From Octopus vulgaris (lineage: Eukaryota), in the NCBI GenBank assembly GCA_951406725.2, contig OX597829.1:39866001-39930000 (forward strand): DNA of 64,000 nucleotides, read 5' to 3'. The notes below the pieces were generated by a model, which had not been told where the DNA came from, searched no databases, and saw only the letters and a list, made by a program, of their open reading frames with translations. Shown here piece by piece: positions 1 through 13,832 of the stretch (position 1 is the stretch's first letter; each line of letters begins with the position of its first letter). The position numbers were made by a program, and so were the translations under genes.

Positions 1-86
1 CGTACTCTTCATTATGCCAGTGTTTATTTTGCATTGCTGCTCCAGCATGGCTGATGTCCGGTAACTGAAACCACTAATGGAAGAAC

Positions 87-101
87 TCTATCTATCTATC
101 C

Positions 102-189
<88 letters not shown>
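87..189. repeat. (TCTA)n microsatellite
   Basis: Tandem tcta/atct run; accounts for the IYLS repeats of ORF 77..529. Confidence 0.97.
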
Positions 190-191
<2 letters not shown>

Positions 192-385
192 GGAACAGTG
201 ACACTCTGGAATGCCAACTGATCACGCGCCATTTCTGTTTGACTAGCCATTCTCTGAAACATCTGTCTGGCCTTGCACAGAAGCCACCTGGTAGCCTCTC
301 TCCGTCTGGAGCAGTAATTAATTTTCCCTCTTCATACTTCAGTCACTCACGGTCCCAATTCTCCATCTCTTTCATAAACACATTT

Positions 386-421
386 ACACAGACACAGACA
401 CACACAGACACAGACACACAG

Positions 422-491
<70 letters not shown>
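386..491. repeat. (CA)n microsatellite
   Basis: Direct observation. Confidence 0.97.
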
Positions 492-492
<1 letters not shown>

Positions 493-1039
493 AACTACTT
501 CTTACACTGTTCCATCAACTTCTACTTAACATACACCTGCGCTACACCTTAACTCATTAATCAATACCGTAAATACCATTTACTTTCAAGCAACATATAT
601 ACATACCCTTACAAACGTACACACACTAACACCTTTCTATTTCACACATACAAGCCCCCACACACTTCCATACCCATCTTCACACTTATAGTAGCAAACA
701 CATACCACACATTTCCCAACATCTACAACTTATGTCACCTCCAGTCGAAGTGACACCATCCAGTATGGCATACATATATACACACGCAAAAAAAAACAAG
801 AAAACAGCATGCGCACACACACACACACACATACACACTCACATACGCATACGTACAAACACAGAGTATCCACGCACACGTAAGTTTCGGGCACACGCAC
901 ACACATATCTCAGGTTCCCAATTCACAACCTTTCCACCCACACCTCTGTCCCTCAGACCATTCACGCTTCTAATAACCTCTTTATTTTCCGGTCATTTCA
1001 GCATGCAGTAGCCGTCTAACCGAGACAAGTTTCTTATTT

Positions 1040-1200
1040 TCTCTCCCCATTATTGCTTTCTCTCCACGTCTTTTCTTTCTGAGAAAGAGCATATGCTCGA
1101 AGCGTAAAAGATTTTCCTTCTATATTTCCACAGTGTAAACCTTATACGATCTTTTCTGTTTTTTTTTTACTTCACCTTTATGTCTCTTTCTAGCTTTGTA
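1040..1200 (+). mobile_element. Degenerate Penelope/retrozyme-like fragment with decayed hammerhead
   Basis: tcttt-CTGAGAAA-gagc atat gctc-GAAG-cg-TA-aaaga at ~1074-1111 resembles the better-preserved motif at 27397-27434; the core is mutated. Confidence 0.5.
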
Positions 1201-1467
1201 CATGATTTATGTATGTTTGTGTGTATAAGACTGTGTGTGTCGGGGGGGGGGGGGCAGTGAATGTTTGCGTACCTTCTGATCTTTTAACCCCGTCATTAAG
1301 TTATTTCGTGAGAAAGTGATCTGTTGTAAGAGAATTATTGACTTAAATATATTTCCTCGCTCTCTCTCTCTCTCTTTCGCTCGCTATCTCGTTTTCCCCA
1401 TCCGCTCCCCTTTCGCTCTATCTCTATCTCTGTTTATCCCGCAATCTTTCCCACTGTCTCTCTCTCC

Positions 1468-1503
<36 letters not shown>

Positions 1504-1733
1504 ATTGATATCTATTGTCGGCAATCTCTCTCGCTTGTCACTGCAATTCAGAAAACACACACTGCTTATACAAAATCTTCCACCATCTCAGCAGTTGCCT
1601 CGTTTTGCTCTTTCTACCTTATTGTAAAAAAAATACTTCGCTGTTAAAAAAAACAAATATACAAAACAAAACAAAGCAAAAAAACGACAGCATATTAAAT
1701 AAATATAACAAAACTGAATAGTGAGTGAGAGAG

Positions 1734-1782
<49 letters not shown>

Positions 1783-1901
1783 GAGAGAGAGAGAGGTGGG
1801 GGCATAGTTGCGTATTCGTCTCCCATGACTCTATCTGTTCCATATACAAACTTAATCTATGAATGAACTTTAACGATTCGTACTTTGCAAGACGTTGTCA
1901 A

Positions 1902-2071
1902 GGCGCAGGATTGGCTGTGTGGTAAGTAGCTTGCTTACCAACCACATGGTTCCGGGTTCAGTCCCACTGTGTGCACATTGGGCAGCTGTCTAATAATATA
2001 GCCTCGGGCCGACCAAAGCCTTGTGAGTGGATTTGGTAGACAGAAACTGAAAGAAACCCGTCGTATATATG

Positions 2072-2134
<63 letters not shown>

Positions 2135-2345
2135 ATGTATATGTTTGTGTATCTGTGTTTGTTCCCCCAACATCGCATGACAGCCGATGCTGGTGTGTTT
2201 ACGTCCTCGTAACTTAGCGATTCAGCAAAAGAGACCCATAGAATAAGTACTGGGCTTACAAAGAATAAGCCCCGGGGTCGATTTGGTTGATTAAATCTTC
2301 AACGTGGAGTCCCAGCATTGCTGCGGTTCAATGACTGCAAAAGAT
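1902..2345 (+). mobile_element. SINE-A (tRNA head, CORE-like segment, internal TA/TG microsatellite)
   Basis: Head ggcgcagga.tggctgtgtggtaag...gggttcagtccc (Pol III A/B boxes), CORE-like ttgggcagctgt, tail ccagcat...tgact; more than 15 copies in the window. Confidence 0.88.
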
Positions 2346-2394
2346 AATATATACACATGTCTATATGTATATGTGTACACATGCGTGAATGAAT

Positions 2395-2486
2395 GTATGT
2401 ATGTATGTATGTATGTATGTATGTATGTATGTATGCATGCATGCATGCATGCATGCATGTATGATGCATGCATGCATGTATGTATG

Positions 2487-2518
<32 letters not shown>

Positions 2519-3040
2519 AATGTATGTATGTATGAATGTATGTATGTATGAATGTATGTATGTATGCATGTATGTATGTACGTATTATGCACGTACGTAC
2601 GTATGTATGTATGTATGTATGTATGTATGTATGTGTATGCATGCATGTATCTATGCATGTATGTATGAATGTATGTATGTATGTATGAATGTATGTATGT
2701 ATGTATGTATGAATGTATGCATGTATGCATGTATGTATGTACATATTATGTATGTACGTATGTATGTATGTATGTATGTATGTATGTATGTATGTATGTA
2801 TGTATGTATGTATGTATGCATGCATGTATGTATGTATGTATGAATGTATGAATGAATATATGTATGAATGCATGTATGTATGTATGAATGTATGTTTGTA
2901 TGTATGAATGAATGTATGTATGTATGAATGTATGTATGTATGTATGTATGTATGTATGCATGTATGTACGTATTATGTACGTACGTATGTACGTATGAAT
3001 GTATGTATGTATGTATGTATGTATGTGTGTGTGTATGTAT
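2395..3040. repeat. (TATG)n compound microsatellite
   Basis: Direct observation; source of the HTYI/MYVC ORFs. Confidence 0.97.
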
Positions 3041-3049
3041 AAATAAATG

Positions 3050-3535
3050 ACCTTTTTGTGTGCACTGTTGTGACAGACCATGCCTGTCTTTTGCTGGGCT
3101 CAAATCTCATCTGCGAACTCATGGAAAACGAACCTCCACCAACTATTCTGCCTATATATCTATTTACACTTTTAAATGCAATGTATACCAGACGGTTTAC
3201 AAATCCAACAGGGGCCTCAAGAGACATTTGCAAATTCGTCTCAATGACTCTATCTATTCCATATACAAACTTAATCTATGAATGAAATTTAACGATTCGT
3301 ATTTTGCAAGAATATTGTCAAGAGGGTATAAAACAGCGTAGGTATGGAAGTGTAATCCACAAAGAGCGGAATTTATCTGCAGCTCTTAGTGGTCCAAATC
3401 GGATATACAATCTACATGGGTGTCCTTTCAGAATATTGTCTGATTTAAAAAGCCACAACAGATGCCATGATGATGCTAAGGTATAGGTACAGGAGATTGT
3501 CAAACTCTGCATAAGGAGTAGACAATCACCATGTA
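3050..3535 (+). mobile_element. Decayed RTE-clade LINE 3' end with C2H2 zinc fingers
   Basis: Translates HCCDRPCLSFAGLKSHLRTH and CNVYQTVYKSNRGLKRHLQI; ends in a (TATG) tail; related to 9550-10075. Confidence 0.65.
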
Positions 3536-3629
3536 TGTATGTACGTATATATGTGTGTATGTATGTATGAATGTATGCATGTATATAAGTATATCTGAAT
3601 ATATATGCATGTATATACGTATACATATA

Positions 3630-3660
<31 letters not shown>

Positions 3661-3745
3661 GAATCTCTCTCTCCCCCTCTCCCTCTCTCCCTCTCTCTCT
3701 TCCCCTCTCTATATATATATACGAGTGTCTGTCTGTTTATGTGTG

Positions 3746-3803
<58 letters not shown>

Positions 3804-4105
3804 TTTGTGTGTGTATAGGAGAATATCTTTGTATCTGTAGGAGCATATCGTTATATATGAGCATAATTTTTGCTTTCCGAGCATATTTTTCTGTCCTTTT
3901 TCTAATCACCTTTTGCTTGTTTCAGTCATTAGACTGCGGCCATGCTGAGGCACCTTGAAGAATTTTAGTCAAATGAATCGACACCTGTTCTTATATTATT
4001 TACTAATATTATTTACTAAATAAGACCGTCTGATGATCGGTTACGTGAAACTCTTATAGCTTAGGAACTCTTTTCAGTTTCAACAAATTACTATAAACGT
4101 ATATA

Positions 4106-4379
4106 CTGTTATGTCTGGGGAGAGTCATTTTCTTTTTATGCCTTATAATGTAACACACTCACCGGTAAAATTTCCAGTTGTTTCTTATTTTTATTCTCCT
4201 AAAATTTTCGTTGCGTCTTGCAACCTTTTCAATAGTTTTGACTCAAGTCTATTGAAAAGGTTGCAAGACGCAACGAAAATTTTAGGACAATAAAAATAAG
4301 AAATAAGTGGAAATTTTACTGGTGAGTGTGTTACATTATAAGGCATAAAAAGAATATGACTCTCCCCAGGACACAACAG
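4106..4379. repeat. ~270-bp near-perfect inverted repeat, probably Penelope-derived
   Basis: The arms ctggggagagtca...ttttcaatag and ctattgaaaa...tgactctccccag are reverse complements; centre ~4242. Confidence 0.9.
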
Positions 4380-4436
4380 AATATGCTTCAACACACGAAC
4401 TCATATAAAGAATCTTGCAAACTAAATCTCAAAACG

Positions 4437-4487
<51 letters not shown>

Positions 4488-4495
<8 letters not shown>

Positions 4496-4992
4496 TGTAG
4501 TTGTGTGAGTGTCTGTCCCCTTCGATTTAGATTCCTAACTACTCCCACATTTTGCGGTGCAGTTTAACCAAATTCGGGTATCTTATAGTCGTGATTCATA
4601 TCGAGCCCGTCTGAGTATTAGCGCGCGTCTACGATGAGTCTACGATTTTAAAAATAATTTAACATAATTTTTTATTCCATTTTAATGCATAATTTTTCGC
4701 GTGTCGATGGCGGCGGAGTTGGCGTCCATGGTCACACCTGCACCTGTTTGCTTCTCCCCCTTCTTCCCTCCCTCGTGAAGCTGTGGGGAAGGGAGTGTAA
4801 GGAAATCAACGTCGTAAAGCGTTGTCAAGGAGACCAGCGTTCTTTTAGAACAACGACTTCATGGCTTGAAGACACCAACACAGAAATGGCTAAGAAAGCC
4901 CGAATTGGCATCTATAAGGGAAGTAACTCTCTAAAAATGCTTATATAGTTATTTCCCTTACAAACCCGAGCAACGCCGGGCGATACTGCTAG
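4488..4992 (+). mobile_element. Non-autonomous Helitron
   Basis: Starts in a TA run; ends with hairpin cccgagcaacgccggg (4965-4980) followed by CTAG|T; second copy at 55486-55883. Confidence 0.8.
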
Positions 4993-5025
4993 TATATATA
5001 TAAATGTGTGAATATATACATATAC

Positions 5026-5115
<90 letters not shown>

Positions 5116-5530
5116 GAGTGGCTGTGTGGTAAGTAGGTTGCTTACTAACCACATAGTTCTGGGTTCATTCCCACTGCGTGGCACCTTGGGCAAGTGTCTT
5201 CTACTATAGCCTCGGGCCGACCAAAACCTTGTGAGTGGATTTGGTAGATGGAAACTGAAGGAAGCCCGTCGTATTTATGTATGTATATATATATATATGT
5301 ATGTATGTATGTGTATATGTTTGTGTGCCTGTGTTTGTCCCCCCCCCCAACATCGCGTGACAACCGATGGTGGTGTGTTTACGTCCCCGTAAATTAGCGG
5401 TTCGGCAAAAGAAACCGATAGTATAAGTACTAGGCTTATAAAAGAATAAGTCCTGGAGTCGATTTGCTCGACTAAAGGCGGTGCTCCAGCATGGCCACAG
5501 TCACATGACTGAAACAAGTAAAAGAGAGAT
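5116..5530 (+). mobile_element. SINE-A copy
   Basis: Same head, body and tail as 1902-2345. Confidence 0.9.
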
Positions 5531-5553
5531 ATGCATATATACACACACGTACG

Positions 5554-5607
<54 letters not shown>

Positions 5608-5753
5608 AGTATACATTTATGTTTGCATGTATACATTATATACATATATATATATATGTCCATGTATATATATGTATAGATATATGTGTGCGTGTATGAT
5701 ATGTATATCTTTATATGTATGTATGTATATACACACATATAGGTATATTTATA

Positions 5754-5905
5754 TAGCAAAAACTGTCCGATGAACGGCAACGTGAAACTCAGAGTAACAA
5801 GTTTTGTTGAATTTTCTGCTGCTTTAAATAAAGCATATTACTCTACCACTGGTATTTGAGTACTCTTTTTTCCACCTTGTTTCACATTTATGTGTTTACT
5901 CCGGT
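5754..5905 (+). mobile_element. Penelope/retrozyme-like element with type I hammerhead (U4C variant)
   Basis: aaaactgt-CCGATGA-acg gcaa cgt-GAAA-ctcagag-TA-acaagtttt at 5759-5805; same family as 54549-54819. Confidence 0.72.
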
Positions 5906-6374
5906 ATATATGTATATATATATATTTGTATATATATATGCATACATAAATACATACACACACGCATACACATACGTAAAACACATACATATGTACATTT
6001 GCACATACACACAGAAACAATATACATGGTAAGTTTCGTGGTCCAGTTAGCAAGCTGTATTTTAATGTATAGCATAGAGTTCTTTTTTTTATTTTTTCAC
6101 TTAATATATAAGTAGTTCCACTGGGAATATATCAACGCTAGGATTGGTGATATCAGAATTTTTCGGTAGCGACTCTCTATGAACATATTTAAATAACTGG
6201 ATCTCCGTCTGTTTAAAACGATGAATATTTTTATTCTTCGATCAACGTAATAAAGGTATACACTGACTACTACCTGGAGATAACGGAAGTGATATGGCAT
6301 GGGACCTTAAATGCATCAGATCAATTACTTTCATATAAAAAAAAAATACCATCTCTATCATATTCTTTTCTACT

Positions 6375-6578
6375 CTAGGCACAAGACCCGAAATTTTGGG
6401 GGAGGTGGCCAGACGATTAGATCGACCTCAGTACGCAACTGGTACTCAATTTATCGACCCCGAAAGTATGAAAGGCAAAGTCGACTTCGGCAGAATTTGA
6501 ACTCAGAACGTAAAGACAGATGAAGTAGCCCTAAGCATTTCGCCTGACGTGTTAACGTTTCTGCCAGCTTGCCGCCTT
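6375..6578 (-). mobile_element. SINE-B copy (alternative tail)
   Basis: Reverse complement of the aaggcggc...gagttcaaattc head and the gtcgactttgcctttcat domain. Confidence 0.85.
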
Positions 6579-7099
6579 CCATCTCTATTATATTACATAC
6601 AAAACAACCAAGTATTTTCTGTGACAATTCCATATAGATCAAAACGGAAAACGAAGCTAGACAGCTTCGACGTGAGTATGGGTGCGAATGTGTCAGCTGA
6701 AGTCAGCGGCTTTTATAGTACAATGAATTTCTTAAAGTTTCTGAGTGATTGCTTACAGGTGATAATTTGTTATTGCTTTGAAATTTCAAACCACAAATGA
6801 GATAAATGCTATTAGATACGGTAAGAAGCTTCCTTGCATTCTTTCAAAATTTAGATATCTCTATAACTGTCGAAGCTCACTTTAAAGTCACCAGCTCTTT
6901 TGATTCTAGACTTTGATACGTTGATGTTAGATAATTCTTAATATGCATTCGCTCTAAGGCATTGTCGAAACTGATGGATGTCTTTTTACTTTCCTTTTTA
7001 CTTACGTACGTGGCCGAATTTGTGTTCCTCCAAAGGAACACATCAGTAACGTCACTCGACTCGAAGATGAAGTAATTTCTCCAAGCCAGCCTCTATTTC

Positions 7100-7350
7100 T
7101 ATGCATTGAGAAGTCACAGCTCCGGTATTATGGGTATAAGATTAGAATGTCAAAGGAAAGAATTGTAAGATTGATTCTCCAAGGAGACCCAAAAGAGAGG
7201 AGATCTAGGGGTAGACCAAGGATAAGATGGCTCAGTTGGTCATATTTGGGAAGCCAGCAGGAAAGTGTAATAATGATGGTTGCTTCTGGCAAGACCTTCA
7301 TGAAGGAGGTGACAGAAGATTCTACTTCCAGAATCCTCTCAGAGGATAGA
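7100..7350 (+). mobile_element. RTE-like LINE 3' fragment
   Basis: ERIVRLILQGDPKERRSRGRPRIRW matches the RTE C-terminal R-x-R-G-R-P-x-x-R-W motif. Confidence 0.6.
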
Positions 7351-7589
7351 TATATTTATGTGGAAGCGTGGCCTTGTGGTTAGATTGTTGAAGACTCGAT
7401 TGTAAAGTAGTGTTTTCAATTCTCAGAGAGGAAGAAACATCTTATGTGTGTATGGAGGGCGTGTGTGTGTGTTACGTGAGTGTTTTGATTAATGTGTCAG
7501 ATAGGGGGAAGGCAGAGGAAAGGTAAGTGAGGCGGGGTTCAACACCTGTTAATGAAATATACTTTTTTCCAATTCTTATGAAAAATAAT

Positions 7590-8033
7590 CTATCATTATT
7601 ATCATCACCACCATCACCATCATCATCATCAACATCATGATCACTATCATCATCATCGTTAACATCTCATCATCATCTTCGCCATCGTTAGCTTCATCAT
7701 CATCATCCCCGTCCTCCTCCTTCTCGTCATCATCATCATTATCGTCGTCATTGTCATCATCGTTATCATCGTCATCGTCATCAACCTCCTCCTCTTCTTC
7801 TCCTTCTTTCTTCTCACCCTTCCTTCTCCATTTCCTCGTCCACTTTCTCCTCCACTTCCTCCTCTTCATTCTCCTTTTCCTTCTCCCATTCCTCTTCTCC
7901 TTCTCTTCTTCCTCCTCCTCCGAATCCAATACCACCACCACCATCACCACCACCACCACCACCATCACCACCACTACCACTACCACCACCACCACCACCA
8001 CCACCACCACCACCCACCACCACCACCACCACC

Positions 8034-8089
<56 letters not shown>

Positions 8090-8095
8090 TTATCA
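7590..8095. repeat. Compound CAT/CTC/CAC trinucleotide low-complexity tract
   Basis: Direct observation. Confidence 0.92.
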
Positions 8096-8464
8096 TTCAT
8101 TTGTACCAGGAACCTTTTTGGAAGGTGGGCTTGATTAGAATAAACTGAAATTATCTCATTCACTTCATTTTCGAGAAAGAAAAAAACAAAAACAAAAAAA
8201 AATAAATAAAATGGATAAAACGTGTGCTTCAAAACAAAATGTTCTGCTTAAAGGGTTTGGTACTGGAATTAACAGGCGAAAGCTTATATTCTTCAGTCGA
8301 AGATAATCTCAGTTGCAGTTTAACAGGAGATATTTCCAGTTCCTGAGGGCTTTAGGCAGGAAACTCTTATCCAGATTGGACTACGATGGTATTAAATTTG
8401 GTAATAGTTTTCGTTGGCATGATTACACTGCATCTTAATCAGCAATATCTTTCATGAATGAATG

Positions 8465-8473
8465 TATGTACAC

Positions 8474-8561
<88 letters not shown>

Positions 8562-8571
8562 ATGTAAATAT

Positions 8572-8633
<62 letters not shown>

Positions 8634-8739
8634 ACATATATATATATGTATATATATATATGTGTGTGTACATATATATATACATGCATATATATATATG
8701 TATATATATATAAAAACATGTACATATATATACACACAC

Positions 8740-8827
<88 letters not shown>

Positions 8828-9160
8828 ATGTATATAATTTGTACGCACGTATGTACATATGTAAGCATGCATATATATGTATGTGTAGGTACATGTTTGT
8901 ATATGTAAGTCTCTATATATGTATGTTTATACAGGTACATCTATGTACATTCATGTACGTACGTATTTATGTGTATGCATGTGTTTAAGTATGGGCGTAT
9001 GATATGCATATTTGGATATGTGTATGTATGTATGTATGTATGTATGTATGTATGTATGTATGTATGTATGTATGTATGTATGTATGTATGTGTGTATGTA
9101 TGTATGTATGTATGTATGTATGTATGTATGTATGTATGTATGTATGTATGTATGTATGTT
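8465..9160. repeat. (TA)n/(TG)n/(TATG)n microsatellite block
   Basis: Direct observation. Confidence 0.95.
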
Positions 9161-9549
9161 CGTTTTCTCTTTTTAATTTAGTATGAATTTTGGCTGGGCA
9201 CCTACCTGGTAGCAAAGGTGTGAAAGAAAGCATCTTGATTTGTTGATCATTTTCAAAATCTGAAGGTCTTGTAGATTTTCGTAGTCCCAGATATAATGAT
9301 TATCGTTCTCTCCTTCAGACCCCAAGTTCAACTATACTTTGCAGCAGATGAATCTGTAGGTATCTCATTGATCCAATAACAATAGGTATAAAGCTGAATG
9401 TTTAACGTGGGTATTAGATTATTACTGATCCATCGATGTCCCCTTTCTCCTGCATTTTCATAACCACATTGGTGTCCAAGGGGAAGCTGAGTTCCACAAC
9501 AGAACATATCTTATCTTTGTAGTCCCACATGTATGTATGTATGTATGTA

Positions 9550-10075
9550 TATTGATCGTAGCAGGTGGAGAAGGATTGTGCACGAGGGGACAGCTTCTTT
9601 TGAGAAATCTCGAGTTGCGCGTGAGAAAGTAAGGAGGGATGTCAGGAAGGGCATCGCTGTTACTCTTCCAGATGGGAAGAGTCTTCCTATGATGCTGACA
9701 CGCAGTGTCTGTGCAAGACCCTGCCTCAGTAAAGCTGGACTCAAGAGTCATCTTCGTAGTCATAAAGCGAGACAGATGAGTGACAACCTGGCCACTGGTG
9801 GTGGTGTAACACACCATACTAAACATATCTGTCAGGCATGTGGAAAAGAGTGTAATTCGGCAGGAGGACTTAAACGACATGCAAAGGTACATGAAGCCCA
9901 GTTACAACTACAGCCGGCTATTACCGGTAAAGGTTTTAGCTGCCAATTCTGTACAAGACATCGTAGATCTTTAGCTGGGCTAAAAAGTCGCATTCGATCA
10001 CAGCACCAATAACAGTTAAGATTTGTGCAATGGCCATACTCGATAACGAGGGGGCATCCATCATGTATGTATGTA
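9550..10075 (+). mobile_element. 5'-truncated RTE-clade LINE with three C-terminal C2H2 zinc fingers
   Basis: DRSRWRRIVHEGTASFE (RTE DRxxWR motif), followed by SVCARPCLSKAGLKSHLRSH, CQACGKECNSAGGLKRHAKVH and CQFCTRHRRSLAGLKSRIRSQH; tail ctcgataacgaggggcatccatca(tgta)n. Confidence 0.78.
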
Positions 10076-10847
10076 TGCTTTGTCTTATATGTGTACTTAT
10101 AAGAAATAGCTCGTATTTTTCTACGTGTATATACATACCCCACCACACACACACACAAGCAATGCACCCCGGCGTTGTCCGGGTGTTATGACCTACACCT
10201 ACACTGTATTATTTGTTCATTTCTTTTGGGCAGAATCGACACACGAGGAGTATGAAGCAAACAACTCTTCTTTATAAAAATGTTTTTCAGTCATTTTCTG
10301 ATGAACAACGTTGCAGTTTCCGTCTCCCAAATTCAGTCACAAGTCTGTGGTTGGCCTAGGGCTATAGTAGAAAACTCTTGCCCAAGGTACCATGCAGAGG
10401 GACAGAACGTCGAACAATGTGACTGGGAAGCAATTCTCAACCACACAGCCATTCTTGCGCCTAATGTGTGTATGTGTATATGTTTTAATTTATTGTTAAA
10501 TCGACTATTGTGTCTCAAAATTAGCGGTTCAATATCTTCGAAATTTCATTCCCTGGTAAACCTCCATGTATTTTAAACATTTTCTCATTATGCTCTATCT
10601 AAGACGTAAAACTTGTTCAGGTAGAGTTGTCTCCCTTAGGTAATGACTTCAAAATTGTGCGACCCGATCTCGATTTTCGAGGTTAGTTTTGTAGCAAAAA
10701 ATGAGTTGTGCAAAAAACATACTTTGCATAGTAGCCGAAAGATTACTGAATATTTTGATACCTCATACGTCAAAACCGGCAACTCAGTTTTCGAATCGAT
10801 AAGGAACATACGCACGCAGGCACCCCCCCCCCACACACAAGCACGTA

Positions 10848-10891
<44 letters not shown>

Positions 10892-10895
<4 letters not shown>

Positions 10896-11212
10896 AGGCG
10901 CATGTCTCAGTGGTCAGAGCGTCGAGCTTAGGATGGTGAGGTTGTGAGTTCGATTCCTGAACCGGGCTGTATATTGTGTTCTTGAGCAAGATACTTTATT
11001 TCACGTTGCTCCAGTTAACTCAGCTGTAGAAATGAGTTGCGACGTCACTGGTGCCAAGCTGTACCGACCCCTTTGCCTTATCCCTTGGATAACATCACTG
11101 GCATGGAGAGAGGATGCTGGTTTGCATGGGCGACGGCTGGTCTTCCAGAAACAACCTTGTCCGGACTTGTGCCTCGGAGGGTAACTTTCTAGGTGCAATC
11201 CCATGGTCATTC
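10892..11212 (+). mobile_element. SINE-D (tRNA head, CORE domain)
   Basis: gtgaaggcgcatgtctcagtggtcagagc...gagttcgattcc, then CORE-like tcttgagcaagatactttatttcacgttgctccag...tcagctgtagaaatg; partial copies at ~16745, ~26864, 30090-30210 and 40510-41230(-). Confidence 0.82.
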
Positions 11213-11213
11213 A

Positions 11214-11331
<118 letters not shown>

Positions 11332-11685
11332 TAAATAGATAGATAGATAGACAGATGATAAATATACACAGGTATAAAAATGTGAGGCCATTTCATCATG
11401 TTGAACCATTAATGCACGCACATTTTTCTCTCCATTTTTTTTTTTTTTTCGTTCTCCGTTTTTTCTCTCATTCATTTCTGTCGAAGAGCGTATGTTGGAT
11501 CATTGCAGCTGGTAAGTTTACGGCGCTATGATAGAATTTTCCTATATTCACCGCCCGCGCACACTCAGGCCTATTTCTAGCAATGATCATACTTCGTGTA
11601 CACCTGCTACGTAAATGGCGCTTTATTTTTACTGGATATTAAACTTATTTTAATATAATATTTATATTTTCATGTACCAACATAT

Positions 11686-11827
11686 ATGCGCAGGAGTGGG
11701 CTGTGTGGTAAGCAGCTTGCTTACCAACCGCATGCTTCCGGGTTCAGCCCCACTGAGTGGCACTTTAGGCAAGTGTCTTCTACTATAGCATCGGGATTTG
11801 GTAGACGGAAACCGAAAGAAGTCGTCG

Positions 11828-11888
<61 letters not shown>

Positions 11889-12075
11889 TTGTGTGTCTGT
11901 GTTTGACAACCGTTGCTGGTGTGTTTACATCCCCGTAACTTAGCGGTTCGGCAAAAGAGACCGATGAAATAAGTACTAAGCTTACACAGAATAAGTCCTG
12001 GGGTCAATTTGCTCGACTAAAGGCGGTGCTCTAGCATGGCCGCAGTCAAATGACTGAAACAAGTTAAAAAAGAGA
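11686..12075 (+). mobile_element. SINE-A copy (internal deletion)
   Basis: Family head and tail present. Confidence 0.88.
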
Positions 12076-12106
12076 TACACACACAAACCCACACAAACCC
12101 CCCCAT

Positions 12107-12177
<71 letters not shown>

Positions 12178-12178
<1 letters not shown>

Positions 12179-12975
12179 TAGCTGACGTAGCCGGTAATTC
12201 CAGGGAAAGCAGGGCTCATCCCTTGGTTCCGTTCTCATAATTGTTTCGCTAATCCAGTAACAACAATACAAAGTATGTAGCTCTTAAAACGGTTTTCGTG
12301 CATTTACAGAGAATACCGAACTGTCTTACACAGGATCTTGCTTTTAGGAAATTAGTTACGCGATAGTAAAAATTCAAATAAAGTAGTCCCGAAAAGGGCT
12401 TTAATGCGTTCCCAGAGTATATAGAACTTAGGAGAAAATGCTAATAAGGTATGTATACTAAAATCGTGAAACATGTTACGTAATAACAGGTTAATCAGAT
12501 ATGAGTTAATAACAATTCAAAGTAAATAACTCTGAAAAGGGCTTTTATGCGATCCCAGAGAATATTACCCTTAGCGGCGCTAGTGTTGGTATATTCGTGA
12601 ATAAGTCACTAAACGAAATAAGTGGATCTATTGTTTAGGAAAATACTATTTACTATGGATAAATTGTGAAAATAATTTTAACAGTTCAAATACTAAGAAA
12701 TAAACATACTCAATTTGATTTATACCAAATGATTTAGGAAAATTATTTCTCTTGGCTGTTAAAATGAAATATATTAGATATATATATATAAGGATCCATT
12801 CCAGGGGCCCTATTATCGATTTTCTTTCAACAATCTGAGTATGCCATGAGATTTCCAGACATGAGTTCCTCTCACGTGTCAAGTTTCATCAAAATCGATA
12901 AAACGATGTAGGGGGAGTTAGCTAACAAGTCCACAAACACACCCAGAGACAGAATTTCCCACATATGCAGTATAT
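12178..12975 (-). mobile_element. Non-autonomous Helitron-like element
   Basis: On the minus strand ends in a hairpin-like segment followed by CTAG|T at 12178; contains aagtttcatcaaaatcga...ggagttagctaaca; flanked by TA runs. Confidence 0.6.
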
Positions 12976-13197
12976 ATATATGTGTGTGTGTGTGTGTGTA
13001 TGTATGGAGATAAGTATGTGTATGTATGCATCTATGCATATGATATATGCACGTATATATATATGATATGCGTAAATATATACGTACGTATATATACTTC
13101 TATGCATATCACATATGTTTGTGTGTACATATATGTGCATCTATATGTGTATGAGTCCGCATGTATATTTACATATCTACGTATATATGTATGTCTA

Positions 13198-13231
<34 letters not shown>

Positions 13232-13679
13232 AGTGAGTGTGTGTATGTGTGTGTATGTTTATGTATATACAAGGCAGCGTCTTCAACTTTACATCCAGAC
13301 TGTATGTCAAACCACCAGCAGCAATAGTTATATTCCTCCGGCATTGTTCAATTTCTTAGAACTGGAGCCATATGAACCTGGCTTTGAGTCTGTGGACCAT
13401 ATGCTCCAGGAACCTGTCCTATGTTCCCACAAACCAGTGGTCACGTTTGAAGAAGATGCCTTTCTGTACGATAGATGCTAACAGAACGTTGCTTCCAGAT
13501 ACCATTATCTCGGGTGCACATCTTAGACTATATTCCACTGAACACAATGCCACAGTTCGGTAGCTTACCATCACATGCAACATGAACAGACTGCTTTTTT
13601 TTTTTAATATTCTTTTTGAACTCTGCTATTTTGTATAATAATGCAATTCATTTCTCAACCATTATTATTATTATCACAA

Positions 13680-13832
13680 CATACATGTACACTGCAACAT
13701 AATTTCTTTTCCTCAACAGGCCCTGCCCTATTTAACATTGTCCCGAGGGAGATCAAAGAGGAAATAGATCCCATCAACTTTAAACAGAGTCTGGATAGAT
13801 TCCTTCAAAGAATACCAGATAAGCCACCCATA
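13680..13832 (+). mobile_element. CR1-like LINE 3' fragment
   Basis: HNFFSSTGPALFNIVPREIK...FKQSLDRFLQRIPDKP resembles the CR1 ORF2 C-terminus. Confidence 0.65.
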
